From Azolla caroliniana (lineage: Eukaryota > Plantae > Polypodiophyta), in NCBI GenBank assembly GCA_043228905.1, contig JBHGNT010000013.1, forward strand, positions 14,880,001-14,944,000: DNA of 64,000 nt, in the 5' to 3' direction. The position numbers and the translations under genes are program-made. Position 1 is the first letter of the stretch, and every line of letters begins with the position of its first letter. Positions 54,401-64,000 of the stretch are shown piece by piece. A model generated the notes under the pieces. That model had not been told where the DNA came from, made no database searches, and saw only the letters and a list, made by a program, of their open reading frames with translations.

Positions 54401-55408
54401 CTTGTCCCCGATTTGTCCCAGTTTTGGGGACTCCAATTCCGGCCTCTTCCCCGATTATGGTCATCTTCCGTGACCAAGGCCTTTGAAACGGTTCTGGCGA
54501 GCTTCTTCATCCAGCAAGCTTGATTTTACCCTTGCTAGGGATGTCAACTGTTTTCCTTCCGGCCCGGCGTTGCCCAAAGTGACAATTAGCGTCTCCCAAC
54601 TATCCGGGAGGGAACCGAGCAGGAGCAACACAAGTACTCGTCAGCTAGAGTTACTTCCAACGAGGTTGTTTGATTTATGAGCCCCTGGAATGCATTCATG
54701 TGCTCTGCCATGTTGGATCCGTCTTGGTACCGGAGTCTCACTAACTTCAGGAATACCGAAACCCGATTAATGACGTTTTTACCCTCCAGCATGGTGCCGA
54801 TTTTCTCCCAGAGCACATGAGCCTTGCTTTCTTCATTGAAGTTGTTGTACATGCTCATGTCGATGAAGCACTTGATGTATGTTGTCGTGTTCATGTGCAT
54901 CACCTCCCACGTTGTGGCATCGATCTTGTCCGGTTTCTTGTCCCCGAACTGTACCAACAGCCAGAGATCTTTGACCACGAGCATGTCCCTCATCTTCGAC
55001 TTCTACATTGGGTAGTTGGAGTCGGTGAGCTTGAACATGTTTCTAAATGACTCTTCCATTTTCTTCAAGGTTTAGAACCTTGGCTCTGATACCAGTTTGT
55101 GCGGAATAGTGCTCGGCCACAACCGAGTCTCAATCACTTCATGGAAGAAAGCAGAAAATGGAGATTAAAACACTTACACAGACAATAGAGAGGACACATG
55201 ATGTTTACGTGGAAAACCCTAATAGGGAAAAACCACGGGAGCCCATTGACTCCAACTATCACTATAAGGAGAGGATACAATGCGAGACTCAGAGGCAACG
55301 ACCTCGAGCCCTATATCTTCGCCAACTGACGGTTACAACAGAAAAGCTTTCTGTATATATATATATCTCTCTCTCACACACACACTCTTTTTCTTTTTTT
55401 TTATCGTA

Positions 55409-55596
55409 ATTACCTTAACCTAGTTGTAAGTTGTTAGCACTACAAGCACTGTGTTATGGGTTCGAAACCCAACTTCCTCACCTCTCTATTATATACTTCT
55501 TATATATCTCTTAATTCACTAGATGCCACTATGGAATGTAGGGGTTGAACCCATTACCACTTGGTCTCCATTGGGCAACCTTACCAACTGAGCTAC

Positions 55597-55602
<6 letters not shown>
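55409..55602. promoter_or_regulatory. Convergent pair of tRNA-like A/B-box modules in the D4 5' LTR
   Basis: Plus strand TAACCTAGTTG...GGGTTCGAAACCC (55416-55470); minus strand TAGCTCAGTTGG...GGGTTCAACCCC (55595-55541). Confidence 0.6.
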
Positions 55603-55636
<34 letters not shown>

Positions 55637-55881
55637 CACTTGTTCAACAACATCATACAATAACATACAACACTTTCATAGTGGTTGCCCTAAGTCATAT
55701 TTATACTTATATGACTTTAGGACTATTTAAAATATAGCCATGATAGGCATATCAAAAACATATTTACAAATATGTCCCTGGATCCGGTTTCCACCGTATC
55801 CACTCGGATACCTTTTGGATTCATCTGATCCGGTTCTAGGATCTCATCCGGATCCCATCCGAAGGTACCGAAATCCCAACA

Positions 55882-56331
55882 AGACACAAGATCTTTTACG
55901 TGGAAAACCCAAAAGGGAAAAATCATGGGGGTCCACAAACCCCGAGAAACTAAATCACTAATAATGAGGGAGGAATACAAACTCGGAGGCAACAACCTCA
56001 AGCTCGTCTTCGTCAAAATGACGGTTGCAGAGTTACACACATTCTCTCTCTCCTACTAGTTACAAAGGCAACAACCTTCCTTTTACTATACAACTAACAA
56101 TGATCCACACTCTTAAAGTTTGCCCTAATTGTTTATATACTAAAACAACTTTCTGGCTATTTACAAGTATAGCCCACAAGAGGTACATTTAGACTATTTA
56201 CAAATATAGTCTTTCGAATCGGTGTTATAATCGATTCTCGATTTCAATTTCGAAAAATTGATTTTCGGCCTTGGCCAAGCTTGTTCTTCGATTCGGCTCA
56301 TTCCATCCGAAGGAACTTGGTTTTCCCAACA
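55882..56331 (-). mobile_element. Old copia LTR remnant flanking D4 (probable D4 target)
   Basis: acgtggaaaaccc, ggctatttacaagtatagcc motifs and a ...ttttcccaaca terminus, as in the D LTRs. Confidence 0.7.
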
Positions 56332-57261
56332 TTTTAGTTAGTCATTTCTCAAACAAGCTATAATATCAATATCATTTTGGCACATTGGCCACTCTAGGGA
56401 TGCTAGTACACATGTGATGATTATTTAAGGGTATTTTTTTAACAAACCTCATCTATTTGTTTTTTTGTCAAATGTTCATTTGTTTGCAATCCTACGTGTG
56501 AATGTATAGGGGTTTGTTGAAAGTTTTTCCACACTCAAAGGGATAATTCAATTCGTATATCCTTAATCAGCGATGATGTAGGCATATTTCGGCGTAATAT
56601 ATGTTATCAATGAAAACTTATACCATTTCCTTTTTCAACTCAATTAGTTGACTTGTCAATCTTGATTGCATGACATCATTTGTAAACTTCTTTAAAGTTT
56701 GTTACCCTTGCATTCAGAATGGATCTTTTTGTGTGCTTCATAGTGACCTTATAATTTGTATTCATCTAATATGGTTTTTGATAACCAAACTTGTACATGT
56801 TTCATTAGCCTCCATATCATCTTTCATAAGGAGATTACAATAGACCACACTCATTTATTTTGATGTTATAATTCGTTATAGGTTGTCAATGAGGAATTAT
56901 AACACATTGATTAATGATTTCACTTCATGATGCTTGGCTTTTGTGTTAGTGATAATGCACTCAACACATTCCACACACATTGTTGTGTAGAAAATTTGTG
57001 CCTTTTCACTTCGAGCTTAATAATTAATTGCACAACATCGTCCATCTAAGGACGAGGTTGTGCATGTGGTTTCTAAAATATTTAAATTCTGCAAAGTCTA
57101 ACAACATATTACATTGGAGAAAATTTAGCTAATGTGTTAGGATATACCAATGTTTTCAGAAAATTCACAAAGTCATAAAGAATAATTATAATGTGCCAAA
57201 GTTCAATGTAACCTTATGGAGTGTTCAAAGTGTTAGAATACACACATTTACAGTGTGCACA

Positions 57262-57469
57262 AGGGATTTCACATTCATTTGTTAGATGATAGGTGTCACA
57301 ACATAATTATGGCAAGCTCTACAATAAGCTCAATGACTATGTTGAACCAAAATAAAGCAAAAACTAGGGATTTCACATTCATTTGTTAGATGATAGGTGT
57401 CACAACATAATTATGGCAAGGATCTCTAATAAGCTCAATGACTATGTTGAACCTAATTAAAGCAAAAAC
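57262..57469. repeat. About 104-bp tandem duplication
   Basis: agggatttcacattcatttgttagatgataggtgtcacaac... occurs at 57262 and 57366. Confidence 0.9.
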
Positions 57470-60400
57470 GAGGAAGAAAAAGACAGGCATAAAACGGATA
57501 TTTTGGAAGGATAGACTAAAAATAGTGTGGGAACTTAGGATCCCCACCCCCCAAACACAAACAAACAAACAAAACATATATTTATCATGTTGGTCTTCTA
57601 GTTTTATTGACCACGATGTTATAGAATGAATTTGTATTTGAAATCTTTAACGGAAATAATCTTTCTTTTTTTTGTTTCCTTTTAGAAATGGGACTATGTA
57701 AACACGTTGTATACTTTTTGACTTGGTCAACTCTTAATTCTTTTATCTAGAAAGATATGTAGTGCACCTTCCATACGCGTATACACACAAAAGATCGGTC
57801 TTCTTTGAGTTTGATTAGATCGAGTTTGCATTAGTGATTACGTGAAATTGTGTGCAACTTGACGCGAGTGTGACAATACAATATGGCGATATTCTAGTTA
57901 ATATTCTCCACATATGATTACCCCACAAGTAACTTAATCGCTAAGTATCGATGGCATGAGCAATGGAGTGTGAAATAGAGGATATACTAATTGAAAAGAA
58001 TTGACATAAAATAAATTGAGGGTCAAATTTTTTTATAGTCATGCAAACATGCTTTAGGTCAAACAACTAAAATTGCCTTGATTGGTAACCACATGGATGG
58101 CTTTCTAATCTTAGATGGGTCATTGGGCAAGTTTGTAGCTCATTGTAATGCTTTCACACCAAGCTACCCCTCTTCAAAAGCTTCGCAAGACATATTAATC
58201 TTCATATATTTGCTTAGAGGAGTTTATTGCACAAAGTCATCGAGGAAATCTTGGCTACTACAAGGAGCAGAAGCTCATATCAAGTGTGAGGTTCCACGCC
58301 TCATCAAGATTGTATTGACATACTCTCCTCTCCATAAAGAGAGTTTGAAAACCCTCTTCTAGCCCACAATTCATTAAACTTCTACCTTTTGTTCCTTATA
58401 ATTAAAGACGATGATTTTTAATGAATGCTTCTAAACGTGAATGTATTAATGTTAGAATCTAAAGCTTTTGGTTAACATGAATAAAGATTAGTTAAAGAAA
58501 TATTCATTAATTTAGTGGATCTTAAATTGTTAACTATACCTGGATCAAATGTTAAGTTTGTGGACTGCTTTGTGACAACCATTATGCAATTGTATGAGAT
58601 GAAAGCCCGGATATGTACCAAAACTCAAGGACTTCACTACTTTAACTTAAAGTGGTTGTAAGTACCACGTTGGACCCCCCCCCCCCCCCTCTCGCGTATA
58701 AGAAGAAATGCATAAGAATAAAAAAATTGCACATTGTTTTGTAGCAATAATGTGATCATATGTTTGCACAATAATGTTTTGAATGGACTGAATGTGAATA
58801 TACACATCGCAAATAAATCTCAGTTCATGAAAATGGTGTGTATAAAAGTGAGATAATTATATGTCTAGGCTAAAAATCATGCGTGGATATGGATTACCCA
58901 TTAAAAAAGTGTGTATTTGCATGGAGAGTTGTGGTTTGCCATTCTACTTATTGTGTTGCAAGTTCATTGGATTATTGTAAACGAGATATTTCTATGATGC
59001 AATTATGTTAAAGACTTGTCCATTTGTCCAAGATTATTGCCCTTTTTTGAAAGTCAAGCATGATATACACGTTCATATGGTGTGAGTGGCACAATGTTTT
59101 ACTTACCCAATGTTACCCTTGTACTTGAATACCTAGGCATATGTCAATATACATATTTCATTCATATGGGAGAGGTTCCCTTCTTTCCGTGCATTTTCCT
59201 AGAGTACATCATTGAATATTTTGCAACGTGTGGTTTTTGTGAGGTGGGTGGAAAAAAGGAAGTAAAACAGAGAGAAGAAAGAAAAGAGAACCCTAACCTT
59301 TATATCAAGGCACGCGCAATAGCCTTATCTTTCAAATTCACGTAAGTTATAAGAGAGGCTGTAATAAAAAACCGCTTGGCAATAAGATATATATAATACT
59401 TCAGAAAGGAAAAGAAGTGTCTTTTTTAACTATTACAAAATACAAGTGCATATTCAAGCTATGCGGAACCACCAACTCATTATTATTACGCACATTTGTC
59501 AAATTTAGGCGTAGAAGGCCTATTATTAAGTTGGAAAAAAACACTTTTATGGCTTGTAATGCCGTTGGATCTAGCATTTGATAGTATGGATTCACATTCC
59601 AATTACTAATTCTAAACCATATGGGATAATTCACAACCCTCCCATAAGACTTAATGCTTGGGCAAAAATCATAAACTGCGCTAACTTAGGTATGGATGTT
59701 GTGAAATTGGGGCATCCTTAAGTAGATCATGTGAATCATAAATGAATAGATGAGGCATTTTGTGCAATAGACAAACTTGGAGGAGTGTTGAAGCATAACA
59801 TTATGGAACAAATCGACTAGTAGTAATCAAGGCTAATGTATACACACCAAAACACCAAGGGGAACACACTATAATTTTGGAGGATCACATGGTGATATTG
59901 TTTGACCATTTACAGACTCGAATTTCCATGGTTCAACACTTCATGTTCTCATTGTAACAAATTGGCAATGATCAATTGGCAACTATTAGAGGGGAGGGAT
60001 GAGTATCATCATACTACCAAACAATGTTCTTGTAGTATTTTTTTCTTGCATTTGGATGGAAAAGAAAATTTGAAAGCCTAGCATTCAAATTATGCGAACC
60101 TTATTGTTATGATCATATTTGGTGATCATTATTCACTTACTTTTTCCTCTTCTTTGTGGCTCCATGTTTCAAGGTTAGTAGTAGATGAACAACAAAATAA
60201 ATTGACTATCTATTATTGTGCACATCTATATATAGATATTATAAGCCGAGTATTTTAGGTCTTGGTTGTTGGTGAAGGTGTTACTTACATTCCACATTAC
60301 CTAATATGTATGATGGTAGTGTCAAGTGTTGAATGTAGGACGTCAATCTCATATTCCATTTAATTCAAAAGTGTTTCTCTAGCACACAAACATAGGGTGG

Positions 60401-60931
60401 ATGCCTTTTGACGGCACTTTAAATCGTCAACACGTTTCAAATAGGACATGTTGTTTCTAGATAGTGATTGAGGATGCCCATGCACATAGTTTTTTTTAGG
60501 TGTTTTTTATTGTTGTAGCTTTGGGCATCCTTCATTAGGATATTATTGTCCTTTGTAAATGTGTGCTTGCCCAAGCAACTAGACTCTAGAGTTTTACTTT
60601 CCTCCTCATATAAGTTAGTGTTCAAAGTTAGTGTTCAACTACCTCAAGGCACTGGAGTATATGGGCACACTCGGAATATGACGAATTTATTGTTACCGTT
60701 CGATGGTCTCTACAGAGTAACGCAAAATGAGCGCAGGAGCCTGCAAAAGGTAAGATTCTTAAATGGGCAACTTCTCACTAGTATGTAGTGCGGGTACCTA
60801 CCATGGAAGAATAAACTTCGCACAAACTAGTCTTATAAGATCTTTAAATGGTTTTAAACTTAGCAAAAGTGACTTTGTTATCATGCATGGTCAAGTGAAC
60901 AACGGGCTTTTCTATTGTCATGTTGTTTTGA

Positions 60932-60932
60932 T

Positions 60933-60972
<40 letters not shown>

Positions 60973-61336
60973 ACATACATACATACATACAATACGTACA
61001 TACATACATACATACCATGCAAATCACACATACATGTATAGTGGGGTCCAGGTCCAGGTCAAGATTTAGGACTTTCGAGTCAATCGGACCGGAGTGAGTT
61101 CGAGTGGCCGGAGTTTCTAGAATAAGAGAGAAAGAAAGGGCGAGAGAAAGAGACAGAGAGAGAGAGAAAGAAAGGCGAGAGATAGACACAGAGAGAGAGA
61201 GAGAGAGAGAGAAGGGACCGCCGAACGAACGATCTCCGCGTCTGTCTGTCTGTCTGTTTTTCCTTCTTTTCAAAGGCTACCTTCCTTCCTTAACTTTTTC
61301 TTTCTTTCTTGCGTCCTTTCTTCTTCTTCTTCTTCT

Positions 61337-61376
<40 letters not shown>
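60932..61376. repeat. Microsatellite cluster (TACA)n/(CA)n, (GA)n, (CTT)n/(CT)n in the promoter/5' UTR of the host gene
   Basis: Directly visible; GA/CT tracts are typical of plant core promoters and 5' UTRs. Confidence 0.85.
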
Positions 61377-61380
<4 letters not shown>

Positions 61381-61685
61381 AGCCAAAGCTCCTTCCTTTT
61401 GCTTCATCCACCCCTGCCACTCATTTCGGAGTGAAGTTGATGAGAGAACATACATAGATCGCGATTAAGAGACAAATCAACCAGATTTCTGAGATCATCA
61501 TACTCCTTCCTTCTGCGTTGAGTTCTCTCGCCTTAACACCCCCCAGATCCGATCCGATCCGATCCTATCTCTTCTTCTCTTCGCCTTCAGCTCCTCTGCA
61601 GGTTACACACACAATAGTGACCAGTTCGGGAGGTTCGTCTGTTCAGATGCTATATAAATCTCTAGTGTAAATATTAGCCGAAGGA

Positions 61686-61811
61686 ATGAAGTCTCCATTT
61701 AGGAAGTTTCGAGATTTAGCTCTGAACAAACAAGGATCCAAACAGAAGATCTCCTCAGATCAACCAGAAGAAGAGGAATCCACTCATAGAGACCTCCTCA
61801 AAAGATTTCAG
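61686..61811 (+). CDS. Host BAR-domain protein (At2g33490-like), coding exon 1
   Basis: MKSPFRKFRDLALNK...LLKRFQ ending CAG|GT; resembles the MKSSLRKLRGFALHK start of the family. Confidence 0.8.
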
Positions 61812-63024
61812 GTGCTTCTCCTCACTCTCGTTGTTTCAATTTCAATCCCATGATGTATTGTTTTGCTAAATCTGCTAGTTTTATTCTGGTTGCCATCATT
61901 TATACATGCCATACTTTCTCATTTCTCGTGTCAATGACTCTGATCTAATGGTTAATTGAGTTTCTCTTTAGAAAGTTGCAAATTTCATATTTATATCTTG
62001 TTTTTAATGTTTTTGAGCTTCATTTTCTGCCTATGCTACTCTGATTCCAAGAGTTGCTGGCAGTCTCTCTTTCAAAAGACACATCGTTGCAATATATATC
62101 TTGTTTTTATATGCGTTTGACCTTCCTTATCTCTGTCTCACATAGTATGGCGATGATTTTAATGCTCAGTTGAAACTTTCTATTAAAAGGCACTTAGTTT
62201 GCATTCTATAACTTATTCTCTTTGCATTTGAGTTTCCTTTTCTGCATCTCAGTTATGGATGAGTAGAACTTCTCTTTTTGAGAAGCTTCCTTCTCTGTGT
62301 CTCTCATATGAATAATTGATTCCAATGATGATGAAAACTTTTCTTTAAAAAGCTACATAATGGCAACATATATCTTGTTTGTATGATTTTGATCTTCCAA
62401 TAATCAGTATACCTTTTTTGAAAGCTGCATAATTGCAATCTATATCTTATTTTGGTTATGGGAGCTCATAAAAGTTTCCTTTCCTGATCTGAAGCATCCT
62501 TCAAACTTCCATCTTAGAAGTTATATAATGGCGACATACACTAATGCGTCTTTTTCTGCTTGAATGAATCTGATTCTAATCTATTCGTCTAATTTAATTG
62601 AACTTCTATAAAAAGCTCAGAGTTGCTGCCTATCTATTGTTTATGCTCACTTTTTTTATTCTCATTATTAATGACTACACTTAGTTGATCCTTCTGTATT
62701 CAAATGCCGTATATTTCCAGCCTATCTTTGATCTATTATCTCTCAGGAATTTCCAAGAGATTGAATTCTTAAGAAAGTTTCTTAACGTAATGTAGATTTT
62801 CATTATGTTTCTCAGTAACATGAGCTAGTGATAATGTGTCAGAAGGTTGAAGGTTTTTAGCAAGGTTATTTCCTTTCAGGCTGAGTTAATGATAGAGGAA
62901 CTTTCATTTGTCTGTTTTCTGAAAAATACTCTTATGATTAAAACAATAAACATTTATGTATTATAATTTGTTTAACAGAATTGATGCATTTTTCTGTATC
63001 CATTTGGCATTTGTGTATTTGCAG

Positions 63025-63097
63025 GATTTGGCAAACACACAATCAAAATATGAAGGGTTCTTGACACATGGTCAGACTGTTTCTTCAGCGGCATTTG
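63025..63097 (+). CDS. Host BAR-domain gene, coding exon 2
   Basis: tttgcag|DLANTQSKYEGFLTHGQTVSSAAF|gtaggt; phases are compatible. Confidence 0.82.
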
Positions 63098-63223
63098 GTA
63101 GGTATCTTAACATTGGCATTATGATATTCGGAAATTCTGAGTCTGTTCTGAGTTAATCCATTTGCTATTATTATTCTTTGGTTGCACAAATTTCGTCTAA
63201 CTATAATTGTATTACTTGCACAG

Positions 63224-63298
63224 ATTTTTCAACGTCGCTTCGAGAGATGGGTTTATATATGCTGGAAACTTTTGGAGACTTTTTTGATGGAGAAATAG
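63224..63298 (+). CDS. Host BAR-domain gene, coding exon 3
   Basis: cacag|DFSTSLREMGLYMLETF...|gtattg; matches the family motif EFSESLRELG. Confidence 0.85.
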   Translation: MFQRRFERWVYICWKLLETFLMEK

Positions 63299-63530
63299 GT
63301 ATTGCAAAGAGAATGCAAATCAGCTGTTTCTTTTATATTATTTCTCTGTTAATATGCTGCGTAAATAAATGTTATTTAACATTTTATGCTTTGTAGCTTG
63401 AAGTTGCAAGTGCACATGTATGTAGTAGTTGTGGTAGATTAGTGAGTTGATAAATTGAAAGGCACATGGATCTTCTAATTTCGTATTCTTTCCTTTCTCT
63501 CTGATTGATCATATTCATTATTCTGTGCAG

Positions 63531-63592
63531 GAAATGCTTTCAGTATGCTGGCAAAAGTTCAGATTGAAATTTCCAAGCTGCTTGATCTTTTT
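63531..63592 (+). CDS. Host BAR-domain gene, coding exon 4 (gene continues beyond the window)
   Basis: gtgcag|GNAFSMLAKVQIEISKLLDLF|gtaagt; matches the family motif MLGKLQFELQKLVD. Confidence 0.85.
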
Positions 63593-64000
63593 GTAAGTGT
63601 TGATTATTATCTTTTGTCTTTTAAGTGTACCCACATTTTTAGCATGTGCTTGCCCAATTGTCCCCATTATAAAATGTGATCTTCATTGCAATATACTATT
63701 ATTGTTCACACCTAGAAGTGTCATGAAACAGATGAAATAATGGAAATATCACAATCCTTGTCTAGAAGTGTAACCTGCAATTAGAAAATAAATCTATTTG
63801 ATTTTTCCCATTATATATTATTACCCCAATGCCCTTACACGTTTTTTTTTTGGTTGTCTTGAACCCTGATATAGTTTATTTATTACTTTGACTGTGCAAG
63901 TGTAGCCTGGATGTGTACTGTATGCTATTATGTTTATGTAAAGTATTTCATGGTCTTTTCCTGATGGCCTTATGTGATTCTTGATATAAAATAACATGAG

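Larger units (their letters stand above)
37422..55881 (-). mobile_element. Old copia element D4; hosts a solo LTR and B1 (which hosts C2)
   Basis: 3' LTR remnant 37422-37538 with PPT; RH/RT 37545-39380 resuming at 52157; IN/PR/gag to about 55060; iMet PBS 55083-55094; 5' LTR 55098-55881; many stops. Confidence 0.88.

Noticed and set aside
56332-60900. Short ORFs and possible decayed DNA-transposon or Helitron ends in the AT-rich spacer
   Set aside because: No termini, TSD or convincing protein motif could be established by eye.
60763-61455. ORFs with HTHT, RERE and LSLS runs
   Set aside because: Translations of microsatellites.

Overview
Eukaryotic land-plant genomic DNA, probably from a non-seed plant such as a fern (inferred from Tcn1-like and Phygy-like Ty3/gypsy elements occurring together). 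Positions 1-~56,330 are a nest of LTR retrotransposons up to five layers deep, whose ends were resolved by eye from TG...CA termini, PBS/PPT and target-site duplications (TSDs). It holds four Tnt1/Tork-like copia elements plus copia LTR remnants, an Athila/OTA-like gypsy element and an internally deleted relative, five insertions of a tRNA-Trp-primed gypsy family with 4-bp TSDs ('family B', Phygy-like), and two young intact Tcn1-like chromoviruses in inverted orientation. An AT-rich spacer follows, then the first four coding exons of a host BAR-domain gene resembling Arabidopsis At2g33490. The most notable signals are: (1) tRNA-type Pol III A/B boxes at exact canonical spacing inside the LTRs of three unrelated families; (2) a 10-unit heat-shock element against the TATA box of the intact Tcn1-like LTR, which also appears to self-prime; (3) two different -1 frameshift signals, one with compensatory base changes supporting a pseudoknot; (4) CpG-centred insertion sites for family B. 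All identities, lineage names and structures are from manual reading, not searches.
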